64,000 nt of DNA from Octopus bimaculoides (lineage: Eukaryota). Shown piece after piece: positions 45,289 to 58,939 of the stretch. Where the stretch lies: positions 34,035,429 through 34,099,428 of the forward strand of contig NC_068985.1 in the NCBI RefSeq assembly GCF_001194135.2, in the 5' to 3' direction. Numbering within the stretch: the first letter of the stretch is position 1; every line of letters starts with the position of its first letter. The translations under genes were made by a program, and so were the position numbers. Under the pieces are notes generated by a model. That model was not told the origin of the DNA. It did no database searches and saw nothing but the letters and a program-made list of their open reading frames with translations.

Positions 45289-45750
45289 AGAATGGGTTGG
45301 AAAAAGGTTAGAGTTTCTACTACTGCTAGTAACAAAAGGTTTTCCTCTCAGAGTGAAGGATAGATTGTATGATGCTTGTGTTAGAACTGTGATGCTGTAC
45401 AGTAGTGAGACATAGGTCTTGAATGGAAAGAAGGTGAAAAAACTGGAAAGAAATAAAGCTAGCATATTCCATTTGAAAATATGACGAAGTACAAATGTGT
45501 TGAGAGAAAAACTAGGCATAAGAGGAATCAGATGTAGTGTGCAGGTATCGATATGTGATGTATATGGATGAGGACAGCTGTATAAAGAAGTTCTGATCAC
45601 TTAATGTTGATGGAGTTTGTTGAAGAGGGTGACCTAGGAAGACACGAGGTGAAGTATTGATGGAGGATCTCAGGATCTTGAACCTCAAAGAGAGGATGAC
45701 AAGGGACTAGGTTGACTGGTAATATGTGGTTCTTGAGAAGACCTGCTCAT
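45283..45750 (+). mobile_element. Decayed RTE LINE RT C-terminal fragment
   Basis: VTKGFPLRVKDRLYDACVRTVMLYSSET and the GRPRKT-equivalent region. Confidence 0.75.
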
Positions 45751-47879
45751 TTGATGAAACATAATTCTGAAAGTACAATGTGTATATATGCACAACTGGT
45801 TCCGTACATAATTTCCTTCTCAAGACCCCTCCCCACCACCAATCATCATCTTACTAACTGCAGTATCCTTCTGCTGTAATTCAATGTGAGTAAAACTGCA
45901 CACTTTACCAGCTTTTCCCTGATACCACTTATCTTTCTCACTACTCAGAACCATTTCAACCTTCATTCTCAATACTGTCTTCATCTATGTTTTATATTGA
46001 TCATCATCTTGAGTCATCAAATTATCTTTCCTTCTCCACTACCATACATCTTTCACTCTCCCCATGTACTACACCTGCTTCTCCCTCCACACTCTCACAA
46101 CCTAGCCAATGACTAGTCATCTCTCTCTCCCCCAACTTATGTGTCATTGGCCAACACTACTTCCTATTCTGACTCCACACAAGGTGAGCACACACACATT
46201 GATACATATCACAATTTTTTTTGAAATTTCAAGTTCCATTTTGTAGATATATGTGATGTGTGTCAGTATGTATGTGTGCAAGTCTGCCAATTTTTTTTTC
46301 CATATTAAGTTCCAGTATCATTGTAATCTACACACTCTGAAAGGTATTTGTAGAAAATTTAATAAGAAAATATTCAATTTTCTCAAAGTTAAGAGGAAAC
46401 AAAGGTAACTTGAGTGAATTTTCTGAAATTCCTCTCTTCAATCACTGAAAAATTTTTTCATAACAAATTCCAATATAATTGGAATCTACACCATCTGGAA
46501 TGCATTTGTAGAAAATTTCATTAAAAAAAAAAAATTTTTTTTTCTGGAAATTATGAGGAAAGAAAGTGGTGGGCACATGTGTGTTGGTATGCCAAGCAAT
46601 GAAATATTAATTCTTAGTAGAATGCTGGCAAAGCATGCAACATTTTAAAGATATTTGAAATGCAATGATTGCCAAGTAGAAATTCATATGACAGGTTACC
46701 TGTGTTCATGCATGTGTATAAACTGTTGTCCAATCATGAATACTTCACTCTGGCCAAGGCCAGTATAGAACAGGTTACAGTGTATTATTGTGCATACATT
46801 ACTGGAAGTCCATAATGAACATGTATTTTTTAATTTTGTAAAATTATGTCAAACGTAAATACATATATATATATCTTCTAAATCATGATGCTTAAATGAG
46901 AAGGGGTTGTATTCTAGCTACATTCACTCACTTTCCCTGAGTCTTGTGTCACAAAAGTATCTTCTATTTATCTTCGTAAGCAAGTTACTTTGAGAATGTG
47001 TGTTGAGGCCATGAGAAAATTCACCTGGTTCTATCTGTTAAGTGGTTGGTATTAGGAAAGGCCTCCAGCTGGAAAAACCAAGCTAAAATGAGACATAGGA
47101 GTAAAATGTAGTTTGCTGATCTATTAAATCCTGTTGAAACATTCAAGCACTGCTTGCATGGAAGGTTAATGAGATGTGATGATAAGATCAAGTAAGTAAT
47201 AGAGGAGACTTACTGCTTTTCAATGATGCATCAATTAACTCTGAAAGTGATTGATAAGTTTAGTTTTTCTGAGTTTCTGAAATGTATAGCTGCTTTAATA
47301 CAGGTTAACTTTTGCATCTACTATTTATTATATTTTTTATGGGGAGGGGCATTAAAAGTTAGTTTATATTTTCTTTTAAATTCCTGTATCATTATAGCTC
47401 AATAACTTTACTTCCAACATTCACCAAAATCTTTATATTTGGTGGTTTGAGAAACTCTATTCTCATCAATGCAATCTTGAAAAATGCTTCTCATTTCAGT
47501 TAAGACAATGTTTTAAAAATGAAAGAAAGTTTCAATCAAATACTGTTTAATTACTAGTAGTTGTTTTTTTCTTCCTCTGTGACTGCCAGTACAGTTTCTG
47601 TAGAACCAAACCTACTAGAAATTTGAACTTTTATGTTACATGCCTGTGGTTAGATGTCTTTTGTTGATGTCTAACCTGAGCTTAACCTGATTAAGGCAAT
47701 ATTATGTTTTTTAATCAGAAATTAGTTAACATGTTTTAAGCTTAAGAATTATATCATACCATATATTAACATTCCTTTAAATTATTGTTCATTTCTATCT
47801 ATGTACAGTTCATTACGATAATTTTTAAAAATTTACAGACAATAGACTTTTCATAAATGGAACTTAAAAAGAAAATGTT

Positions 47880-49430
47880 TGGTAAGTACCCCACTTGATA
47901 AAGAATAAAGAAGAGAAGAAAAAAATTCTCAATAGAGAGCGAAGCTAGACTTGCAGCTCAGCATGCCAGAGGACAGAATTGAGAGCAGCAGAAACTCATG
48001 CCTAGAAAACTTCCTGAAAATCTGCAGATCTAACTTAAAATTTCAGCAGGAAGGCAATCAGAAACTCCTACCCAAACACAAGCATGACTTATTACATGGC
48101 AAACATCAGCAAGAGTGAGTGACTGGCAGAAAAGAGGCATTACTGCCTTTCAGTATGACATACAAATCAACTATGAGGTACAGATAAGTTGAAGGTCTGC
48201 CATTTGTAAACACTGTCAAGCAAAGAAGTAGAAGGATGCAGCTCCTAGAATGTGTTGTCCTGGAGGTGAAAGTTTTTCTTCTACTCTTCACAACTACCTT
48301 AACTACTGAAGTCACTTTTAGCTGGCAACACTTGGAACTTCTAGTTTTTCTAGGTAAAGGTATGAAAGTACAACTTCTGCTTTCAAATGATCTCATTTGG
48401 CACTACAGGCATTGTACAAGAAGAAGGGTGGATGCTAAGTTTTAACATTCAGAAGCAAGTTTAACATTTGGTTAGTTCTCTTTTGCACTTAATTACTGAA
48501 GAGCTAAAGTTTCCTCACTCATGGATGATGTGCAGCAGAAATAATCCAACTGCCAGAGAAGGAACTCTCTTAGAGCTTCAGGAGATTCTTTATGCTAAGA
48601 ATAATTGTGTGAACAGTTTTTGTACTGCTTTGAATAAACTAACACGACCGTGCTAGAAACTAATCATCCATACTGTGAGAACTTCAACAAGACAGCATGA
48701 ATAGTATTTTAATGTATCTGCTTTTTTGCGAGTGACTGTTCTTATTTCTAAGCAAGAATTCAATCAATGAGATATCATCCTCAAAAAGCAAGACAAATAT
48801 ATTCATATACTTGAGATTATAATGCTTTGTGGCATCTAGTCATATTTTGGAAAGTTTCAGACAAGTATTACATGATGGGAAAAGTGTTTGCAAATGATTT
48901 CTATTCCTCTAGAATTATGGTCACACAACATAACCAGATCTCACATTCTGAGACATGGTCAACTCTTCCACTTACTCATTGTTGATAAGTATATCAAGAT
49001 TAAATCAGAGAAATTGTAATATATTAGACAAAACCAGAGCAGACAAAGAGTGAAGGATTATGTTCACTTTAGAAATGCTATTGCAAATAGACAGTTTCTT
49101 AAAGTACCCTCTTCCTTCAAAAGTACCCTGCACTGTAGGCTTAAGTACTCACAGGATATCATAATTTATGTTCAAAACTATAGCATACCTGATCTGTTTA
49201 TGATTTCCATCTGCAATCTTACTTGGCCAGAGATCACTGCAACTTGTGCATGGTTAGACAGTCTTACATACATCATCTTCTTGCCAGAGAGTTTTGTCAG
49301 ACAATTATTTAATTTATGAGTCTCACTACAAAAGATGCTGTTATTAGAACCTGTAGATGTTACACGAACTCTGTTGAATCACAAACATGTGGATTGCCAC
49401 ACAGAAAAATATGGTCCCTGTAGTCATGGT
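47880..49430 (+). pseudogene. Helitron Rep (RepHel N-terminal/replication initiator) remnant
   Basis: CKHCQAKK*KDAAPRMCCPGG; PSSF..YSQDIIIYVQNYSIPDLFMISICNLTWPEI (Rep motif 1); CYTNSVESQTCGLPH (degenerate E.Q.RG.PH motif 2). Many stops and frameshifts. Confidence 0.85.
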
Positions 49431-50239
49431 CTCTGTAGTCACCTCAACACACATTTTCCTGATATAAAAGTGGGAAAATGTACAAAATGACATTGTAGGT
49501 CTCTTCTTCAAGAAAGTCAGACATGATAGATATCTTTTTGTATATTATGCTTTTAGTGTAATATGTTTTACATGTTATATAATCTAAAACTAAATATTTG
49601 AAGAATTGCAAATTAATCATATGTTTATGCCAATTTTTAAGGATTAATTTAAGCTCTGACAATATAAGCACAACAAATTACCAAACTGCTACTTATATAA
49701 GAGATTAAAAGATTATCGCAAACTGAAATTAGATTATCATATAAAACTTGTTAAGACAGTAAATGTGTTCACTGAACTGTTAACAACAAATAAATAACAA
49801 GGTTATTTTCCTAGTTAACCCATTCAAAATGTGCGCATATGTGCATATATACACAATATGTTTGTATGTATGTATGTATGCATGTATGTATTTAATCATC
49901 ACTAAGTTTGACTAAGGGTACCAAAGCACCTACATTGTGAAAAATAACAGTTAAAATACTCTTAATGCTATAAGAAGAGCACAATATATACATATACTGA
50001 CAGAAGAAGTAACCTCTCCTGTCAGTATATGTATATATTGTGCTCTTTTTACAACATTAAGAGTATTTTAACTCTTATTTCTTGCAATGTAGATGCTTCA
50101 GCACACTTACTGACGATTAAATTTTTCCTTTATGGTATTACATTGTGTCTAGTTGTTTATATTAATTTTATGTATGTAAGTATGTACATGCACACACACA
50201 CTCACATTTACATGTATAAGTCTGTCTGTCTGTCTGGAA

Positions 50240-50480
50240 TAGCATGGCTTAGTGGTTATATTGCTATACTCATGATTATAAGATTGTGGTTTTGATTCCT
50301 GGACTGGGCAAAGCATTGTGTTCTTGAGCAAAACATTTCATTTCTCATTGCTCCTGTCCCTCAGCTGGTCAAAATGAGTAATCCTGCAATAGACCAGCAT
50401 CACATTCAGTGAGGAACATATACACCACGGAATCTGGGAAGCTGATTGTGTGAGCCTATGGCTTGGGAAGGACCCTTAAT
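50240..50480 (+). mobile_element. tRNA-derived SINE, family C
   Basis: TGGCTTAGTGGTTA A box, TTGATTCC B-box-like motif and TGTGTTCTTGAGCAAAACA core distinct from families A and B. Confidence 0.65.
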
Positions 50481-50584
50481 CCTTTTTCTGATGCATGTAT
50501 GCTGATGTAGCCCTGCAGCTCGCTGGACCATATTAAACTGTCCAACCCATGCCAGCATGGAAAATAGATGTTAAACGATGGTGT

Positions 50585-51057
50585 TGCATACATGCATACA
50601 TTCATACATACATACATACATATATAAATATACATACATACAAACACACACACACACACTAACACATACACATATATGTATATACTTATATATATATATA
50701 TATACTTATATATATATATACATACATATATATATATATACATACACACAAATATATATATATGTGTGTATATACATGCACATACACATGCTTTAGTGAT
50801 ATATAAACAACTGGAGATAAATGATATGCACTGAACCTGAAAGATTGCTTTGTAGCTATTTGTAAATTGTGTATATTAAATGATAATCATTTCTCTTAGG
50901 ATGGAGTACTTTTTTGTTTTCAGAGAAAAGCAAATACAAAATCACTTACACACACACACACACACACACGTGTGTGCACATGCATACATGCATATACACA
51001 CACATGCAAACACACATACATACACACACATACATTCATACACACACACACATATAA

Positions 51058-51092
<35 letters not shown>

Positions 51093-51180
51093 AATATATA
51101 AATATGTAAATATATATATATGTGTAAATATATATGTAAATATATATATGTAAATATATATATATGTGTAAATATATATT
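50585..51180. repeat. Compound (TA)n/(CA)n/(TACA)n microsatellite tracts
   Basis: Two long low-complexity tracts. Representative of dozens of TA, CA, GA, TATG and GAT arrays across the window. Confidence 0.95.
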
Positions 51181-51209
51181 TCCCTATTCATGCACCTTCA
51201 GCAATGTTC

Positions 51210-51714
51210 TACCATCCTATTTATATTCTCATCCTGTACCTTGAGAGTATGTCCTGGCATATTGCCACCTTCTCTCTTGCTCCCTCCCACCTTTTCTCTC
51301 TCACTTTCACTCTCTCTCATTCTCACTCACTTTCTTTCTTTCTCTTGCTCTCTCCCTTTGACTGGGGTAACCATGTATCTCCTCTACAGCAAGACACCTG
51401 TTTCTGCCCCCTCAACCATTCTCTTACTTCTCATCATCTGGCACAAAACTGCCTCCTCCAATACCCTGTCTCCCTCTCAAAGGATCTTCATCTTGCAAGT
51501 TGTTTGGCGGCCTCACCAGAGCTGGTGCCATGTAAAAAAGCACCCATTACACTCTGTAAGGTGGTTGGCATTTAGAAGGGTATTCAACTGTAAAAACTAT
51601 ACCAAAACAGACAGTGGAGCTTGGTGTAGTCTTCTGGCTTGTCAGCTCCAGTCAACCCATCCAACTCATGCCAGCATGGAAAATGGATGTTAAATGATGA
51701 TGATGATGATGATG

Positions 51715-51715
<1 letters not shown>
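51210..51715 (+). mobile_element. RTE-type LINE 3' UTR and tail
   Basis: Pyrimidine-rich UTR, then GGTTGGCATTTAGAAGGGTATTCAACTG...GGATGTTAAATGATGATGAT. Confidence 0.7.
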
Positions 51716-51746
<31 letters not shown>

Positions 51747-51747
51747 A

Positions 51748-51915
51748 GGATGGGTTTCTTTCAGTTTCCCCTCTACCAAATTCATTCACATGACTTTGGT
51801 CAGCCTAGGGCTATGGTAGAAGAAATTTACCCTATGTGCTATGCAGTGGAACTGAACCTGAAACCATTGGCTGTACAGTTTGGAAGCAAACTTCTTAATT
51901 GTATAGCCATACCCG
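51748..51915 (-). mobile_element. SINE family A, 5' half
   Basis: GGGTTTCTTTCAGTTTCCCTCTACCAAATTC...GGAACTGAACC. Confidence 0.8.
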
Positions 51916-52887
51916 CACTTATGTACATAAATATGTATGTACATACATACATACGTACCTACATACGTGTCTACATACATACATACATATATACATACAT
52001 ACATATATGGTGATTGCTCCATCTTCACATCTCCTTGTGCTTCCTTGTCAATGGTATTTCTGACATTCTGTCCTTGACCTCTCAGATGACTAATCAGTCC
52101 TGCTGCAGATTTGCTCGGTTTGAAGTACAGGCAACAGACAAAAGTTGTAACTTATTGTGCGCTTCCAACTGGTCTGTGCATGTTACCACTCTTCCATCAC
52201 CACAGGACTTTCAGTTGAAGGATTGACAAATAAGGTCACTATAAAGAAACATCTGTACATCATTGGATTATAGTGATAAACACTTGTACAATTCAAGTAT
52301 GTACGTATTCACAAACACCCAAACATACATAACTACATATTTACATGTGTGTGTGTGTGTGTATGTGTGTGTGTAGATTACAATAAGCGATATATTTTGT
52401 TGGACTAACAGTTATGGATTAATTATTTGTTCACTTTTCATGCTTATCTTTGATTTTTGAGTTCTTTATTTTAAGTGACCAGGCATAGCTTCTTTGAACT
52501 GGTCACTCTCTTGAATATATATATATATGATGATGATATATACACGCATGTACAGACAGACACATGCATGCACGCACACATACACACATACATGCTATTA
52601 AGCATCAGAATAACACAATATTATTAAACACCACACTATAATGTGTTACTATTTTTATAGCTTTTAAGCATATTCAGTGTTGAAGTGTATAATTTCTAGT
52701 AAACTCAGAAATCATCTAGTATTCAATTATTTATATAATGTTGAATTTATTCATAGTAAAGGCCATATACCATGATTTATAATTAAAAATAGATCTTAAA
52801 CAGAGAGGTTTCTTAGCTTTGCTAAAATTTAATGTTTTCTATATCACTCATTTTGGCAAGCATCATTGTATATATATACAAATACAT

Positions 52888-52931
<44 letters not shown>

Positions 52932-53054
52932 ACATGCACACACACACACATACGTGCAAATGTGTGTAATAATTACATAATGGAAAAGTCATGTTAGCTA
53001 TTTGATACACCTGCAGCATTATATTCACTTCCATTTTATTTTGTGGTAGACTAG

Positions 53055-54317
53055 TACAATGTGTACCCAATAAAAAACAAACTTTTGAAGTCCAGTTTCA
53101 TTTTGGGCTGGCAGCAGTATTGTGTGTGGTTGACTTTGCCCTTCAGTCTAATAATAACTACATCACATCAGCTAGTCAACAGTTTACATGTACTTCAGTG
53201 TATATATGTGAGACTACTTGGTAATTTGTTGCAAGTTAAACAATTAAGGATTTAGAAAATCAATGTTTTTGTGAAATTCTATTTCATATTGTGAGAAAAA
53301 CAAACTTTTCTAATGCTACAACAGGAGAATATTGTTTGAACTGTGCACAATGCTATGAGTAGTTCCAGTGTTTCAAATTTGAAGGAGCATTCACTGAAGA
53401 AGATTCCAAATCTAGACATCATTCCATTTTAACTGATGATGATCATATTGTAAAAATATATGCAGTGATCCATGAAAATTGTCACCTGATTGACTTGTGC
53501 AGTTTACAAAGATGTTAGCATCTGTAAAAATTTGTGCTACAGCATTTTGAAAGAAAATTGAAGATGTATTGTGTTGTCTCAAAATTTGTAGTCCATATGT
53601 TGTTTGATAAACAAAAAAAAAAACTGAGTCTCAGCCATTCAGAAGTATTTGATTGTTCGAATGTTGATGGAAACTTTCTGTAAAGTGTTATAGAAGGTAA
53701 TGAAACTTGGGTGTATGGCTATTATGCTGAAACAAAAAAAGGCAGTCATCATAATGGACTGGATCATTAGATCTGTAGCAAAAAAAAAAAAAATTGAAGT
53801 CAACCAGATGTGAAGGTGTTGTTGATTGGAAGATATTCATCTGGAGTTATTCTAGTCATATGGTCTGAGTTTTACTTGGACGTTCTGAGATGTGAGAGAG
53901 AGTGTGAAGGAAGAGGCCTGATACATGGGCAAAGAGAACTTGGATGCTGGACCACAACAAATGTATGTGCTCATGTGCCATTCCTATTCCATAACTTTCT
54001 GGCAAAGCACAAGGTAGCTCTCATCTTCCACCTACGCTACTACCCAGATTTGGCTCTTGCAGACATTGGTTTTATTCCTAAAGTTGAATTCCACTTGAAA
54101 TAATGATTGATTTCAGATGTTGGAAGAGATCAAAGAAAATTTATTTTAAGAATTACACATTAACCCTGAAAATGCATTCCAAGATGTGTTTCAAACTGTT
54201 TAGTGCAGTGTTATAGTGGAGGGAAATACTTTTAAGGGAAGATATCTGATTAAATTGTAAGTAAAGCAATATTTTTGCTTTTAAAAATTTTGTATTCTTT
54301 CTGGACAGACGTCATGA
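53055..54317 (+). mobile_element. Decayed near-full-length mariner
   Basis: VIEGNETWVYGYYAETK (first-Asp region) and YYPDLALAD (YSPDL equivalent). Weak TIR-like ends; ~1.26 kb. Confidence 0.75.
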
Positions 54318-55284
54318 ACTATAAAGTATCAAGAAGTTTCTAACAGTGTATGATGTAGCGGAAGTGTATCATTGACCAGGGCATAAATGTAGAATAGTAC
54401 CTTTAATGAATACAATACTATAAAGAAATAAACAAAATATGAATATAACAGAATGTGTTTTGTAAATGGCCACTATGACTTTTTCCCAGTGTAATAACTT
54501 TAGTTTTAACAAATGATCTCAGATTAAGTCATTTGTCAAGCAAGTACGGTTCTAAAATAAGTACACTCACCCTCCTCACCAAATACTCATATATATTTAA
54601 GTGTACATATTATTTTGATCCTTGCTGTCTTGTATGCATATACTGAATTAATTCCAGTTGGACAACCTTCAGCACATACAAGCAAATGCTTTGTTGTTTT
54701 CTATATTGGAACAATTCCTGTCTAACTTCATTCAAACAAACCAAAGTGTTATCTACCACTAAGAAGTGAAGTCATGCTGAGATACCATGTCCTGTAGTCT
54801 GCTGACATTGTTTGGAACTTTGTGCCTTTATATACAAAGTCTGTAGGAGTATATCTTCAAGCAAAAGACTAACAATAATATTAGGAAAGAATAATATGAA
54901 ATAAAGTATTGAAAAAATAATTAGAAAAATTTAGAAAGAAAATAATGGCATTTTCAGAAATGAAACTTAAGATCCAAGAGATTAAAACTTAATTGGTACC
55001 CACAGGTGAATATCATTGCTAGATTGTTGTTATGCTAGATATAATTGAAGGGTTTGGTGGTGTCAAAAATGTGAGCATTAATTCAAAGTTTTCAGGGGCT
55101 AGAGAATATTAGTACAATCCAAGAAACCAAATCTGTGGTAAGTGTGGTTTTACAGAAATCTTTGTAAGTAGTCAATGAAGAGAGGAAAAAATTCAAGTTA
55201 AAGGAAATGGTTGTTTTAGATGTTATACACGAAGGTGATTGGTTAATAATTGGCATATCAAAGGCATAAATTTTTGAGCATGAA

Positions 55285-55505
55285 TATGAGGGATTGCTGA
55301 AAAGTTCCTGGCTTTGGGTAAAAGTAAATACAGGAGGATCAGTTCATTATGATTTTATTCAACATATTCCCCTCTCAGATTCACACTCTTATTGCAGTTG
55401 TTCTTTAGTTTTTCTAAGACCTCTAAAAAGAACTTGGAAGGTTGAGCCTCCAACTAGGCCTTTCGTGATACTCTTAAAGCCTGGAACTTTTCAGCACTCC
55501 CTCAT
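55285..55505. mobile_element. Mariner-derived MITE
   Basis: ~30-bp TIRs TATGAGGGATTGCTGAAAAGTTCCTGGCTTT / AAAGCCTGGAACTTTTCAGCACTCCCCTCAT. Confidence 0.85.
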
Positions 55506-55559
55506 TTTCTGTCATCTACTTTGATAGTTTGGGGTGTAAGTTACTGCTTAGAGTCAAAA

Positions 55560-56150
55560 GATTGGTTGAGACAGGAACTACCTTGGATGCATACCATTTA
55601 AGTTTAGAATAAATATCATCACATCCTGTTGTGTTAATGGATTGGAGTGAAGAAAAATGTTTTTTGCCTTTGGCAAATTTTCTGTTTGTTTAGTGAATAA
55701 GGTGGGGTTTTGAGAAGAGACGTTGGAATGAATTTTGTTGTTTTTGTGCATGTGTATGTGCATGTATGTATGTATATGTGTGTAAATGTATGGGTGCATA
55801 AGTGTGCATGTGTGTATGTGCAAGTCTGTGTGTGTGCACATGTGTCTGCATATATGCACTGTATGGAACTGAAATCAAAACAGATATCAAAGGTGATGGG
55901 TTTATCAGTAGGAGTGGTTCATACAGAACCATTATCTTGTTCTGAAGTGGCTGGTAAGAGGGTTTTGTAAAATTAGTCGAGATTGCTTTGGTAAGAAAAC
56001 GGAGGTACTGGTTATTATTTTAGGTGAGGTTGCAGTGTGTGCAGTACACAAATGCACTTGCTGATTTATTGTTTTCTAAAGGGCATTCTTGTGTTGGTAG
56101 GTTTGTACAGGTGGTTGACCTCTTCCAGATTTGTTGGATTGTATGTCATT
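55560..56150 (-). mobile_element. Decayed Penelope-like GIY-YIG fragment split by a microsatellite
   Basis: Minus strand QECPLEN...FVY...NQY, then NSFQR...TLF. Confidence 0.45.
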
Positions 56151-56239
56151 GTACTCATTGCTGAAATCACAGACCAGCCACAGACCATGCTGATAGAGCT
56201 AAGCACTCAGCTTAGCAGTAGGTCTTAAAATGAACCACA

Positions 56240-56760
56240 TGAAAAAGAAAAATATATATGCAGTCAGAAGATGTAGTACAAGGCTGAGTAGAAGTGGGAA
56301 GTGATGAAATTGAGGAAGTAAAGGAGTGTGTCTACATAGGGCACACAGTGAATGTGCTCTGAGATATGGATGCTGAAATCTCAAAAATGTGCTCCAAACA
56401 AAGCCAGACAATGCTGTACATGCCAGACTCTTCAATAGCACCATCCTACCTGTGCTCTTATATGCAAGTGAGATGTGGGCTACTATGAAAAAGGATAGAA
56501 CATCAGTTGTCTACAACACAAAGTGGCATGGAAAGATCCATTCTAGGAATATCAGTAAGAGAGCACATTTGATATGAAATAATTTGAGAATGGAGTGGAG
56601 TGAATAATGAAAGCACAAGTTCCACTGAGCTGGACATGTCACAAGGTTCACAGACAACAAGTGGACCCATGCAGTATCCAAGAGATCAGCAAATGCCACT
56701 TGGAAGGCTTCCATGATAATGGGAAGAGGATTTGGTCAAGTAGTGGAGATAAAGAGTTTG
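56240..56760 (+). mobile_element. RTE-1-type LINE RT C-terminal fragment
   Basis: IEEVKECVYIG; LFNSTILPVLLYASEMW; FH*AGHVTRFTDNKWT. Confidence 0.75.
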
Positions 56761-57021
56761 TGCAATAAAAATAATGTGGGGTAGGTTGTCTTGCTCAAAT
56801 GATCCAGAAAGTGTTAGAGACTGTGATGCCAAATTTAATGTTGTGTTTGGGAAGTTGGTATGTCAGTCATCAGTAGACGAAATGGTGCAGATATTTAAGG
56901 ATGGCAAATGATGCAGCCTCTGTGTCAGCAGTGACAGTACAAGAGATGAAAGAAGTTGTGAGCATTGTAGTCCCTGAGGATGTTGACTTCAGAGAAAAGT
57001 ATTTTGAAATATGTGTACTTA

Positions 57022-57238
57022 ATCCTTTCTACTATAGGCACAAGGCCTGAAATTTTGGGTGAGTGGGCCAATCAATTAACTCGACCCCAGTACACAACTG
57101 GTACTTAGTTTATTGACCCCGAAAGAATGAAAGGCAAAGTCAACCTTGGCGGAGTTTGAACTCAGAATGTAGTGACGGGTGAAAAACTGCTAAGCATTTC
57201 GTCCAGTGTGCTAACAACTCTGCCAGTTTGCCACCTTA
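57022..57238 (-). mobile_element. SINE family B
   Basis: Head, core and tail on the minus strand. Confidence 0.88.
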
Positions 57239-57665
57239 AATATATGTGCTTAATGAGAATAACAGATAGCCTAACAACAGATTTTAAAAGCCGTAGAAAC
57301 AGTAGATAGACTAAATGGAATGAGGAAAAGAGAAACTGAACATAGAAATGAAAATGAAATAAGGAAAATGAACATCTTTGTTATTGGAGTCCTTGTTGAG
57401 AGATGAGTGATGAAGAGAATGGATTCTATATAGCTGCAGACATCACCTTTAGGAAATTGGCTGGATTAAAGTTTCTGCTCCATTGTTGGGTAAGAAATAT
57501 GGAATATTTCTAAAGTTTAGGAATAGCTTCTATGTTAACAGGTGGCTGGATGCATTCAAAGTTAGACAAAAGTCAACAAATATTAGTACAAATGAGAGAA
57601 AGTTATCCAGTAGATTGTTTTAAAATTTTCTTGTTAGTGTGTATTTATGTGATTGGTATGATTAT

Positions 57666-57900
57666 GCGGCGAGCTGGCAGAATCGTTAGCACGCCGGGCG
57701 AAATGCTTAGCGGTATTTCGTCTGCCGTTACGTTCTGAGTTCAAATTCCGCCGAGGTCGACTTTGCCTTTCATCCTTTCGGGGTCGATAAATTAAGTACC
57801 AGTTACGCACTGGGGTCGATGTAATCGACTTAATCCGTTCGTCTGTTTTTGTTTGTTCCCTCTATGTTTAGCCCCTTGTGGGCAATAACGAAATAGGTAT
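57666..57900 (+). mobile_element. SINE family B, best-preserved copy (CpGs retained)
   Basis: A box TGGCAGAATCGTTAG, B box GAGTTCAAATTCC, core GGTCGACTTTGCCTTTCATCCTTTCGGGGTCGATAAATTAAGTACCAG. Confidence 0.92.
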
Positions 57901-57921
57901 GATTATGCCTTTCTCTCTCTC

Positions 57922-57954
<33 letters not shown>

Positions 57955-58149
57955 ACACACACACATATTTGTTTAATGTCTGTTTTTCTATGCTAGCAAG
58001 AGTTAGATAGAGATGTACTTGAGGCAAGATTTTTTATGACTGGATACTCTTGCTATCACCAAACCTTATCTGTATTTCAAGAGAATTTTAATTCCAGAGA
58101 TATTTGAGAATGCAGAGCTAGCAGATGATTTGTTGCAATGAAATATCCT

Positions 58150-58880
58150 AGAATCCCTTGAATGCTGTGAGCTTGGTTTCTAAAGCTGAAACCTAGACTT
58201 GAATTCACAAAAGTAAGCCTAGCAAATATAAAAGTTAGCAGGAACAAATACAGAACACTACTATCATCTGGACAATGGCCATGTTCAATATACTTAAAAG
58301 AAATTAGTAAGAATTCAATACTGTGTATTCACTGTAAATTATGGGTGTAAAATAAGCTTTAGTAGGTTCACAGGCAGAATGACTAAAAAGAAAAAACTAC
58401 AGAGCTGGATGTATAGATATAGTAAGCATTAAGAAAATCCATGAAACAAATTCTTACAACTACCTAGAAGGCTTACAAAAATTTATTCACAGCTTCTGTA
58501 ACCTAGGTAATCTTATGAGTAGTGGAGGTGGATATTGTAAAAGTATAGTAGCCAAAGAAAGGGTTGTAAAAGTTCAGCAAAGACTTTTCTCTCAAAATGA
58601 AGGCAGATTCCAAGGTTGTATGGTAGCAAGACATAGTAAGTGAATTTGGTGTAAAGGTTGGAAAAAATGAGCTCAATATGCTCTGTTAGATATTTTAACA
58701 TGCATGAGCAATGTATTCCAAAAGAGCTGAGAGAATAAAAATGATCATCAGCAGACTCAGATCTAGTGTGCAAGATCACACATTGCATTGGTTGAGTTAT
58801 GAAATAGCTATGAAGGATGAATGTTCAGTTAAAGACTGTTAAGGGATCCTAGTGGAAGGAGCTTGCAGAAGAAAAAGACA
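58150..58880 (+). mobile_element. Decayed RTE LINE fragment incl. Cys-rich insert
   Basis: SGQWPCSIYLKEISKNSILCIHCKLWV, homologous to 59760-59900 on the minus strand. Confidence 0.65.
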
Positions 58881-58939
58881 TATCTACACTAAATGATCCT
58901 TATTCATTTTGGATATCACAAAGAAAATGGCAGCCTTCA

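Noticed and set aside
50456-52028. His/Thr/Tyr/Ile-rich ORFs
   Set aside because: Translations of (CA)n, (TA)n and (TATG)n microsatellites.
57666-57760. tRNA genes (A/B boxes at SINE heads)
   Set aside because: No cloverleaf, and each continues into a SINE core and tail.
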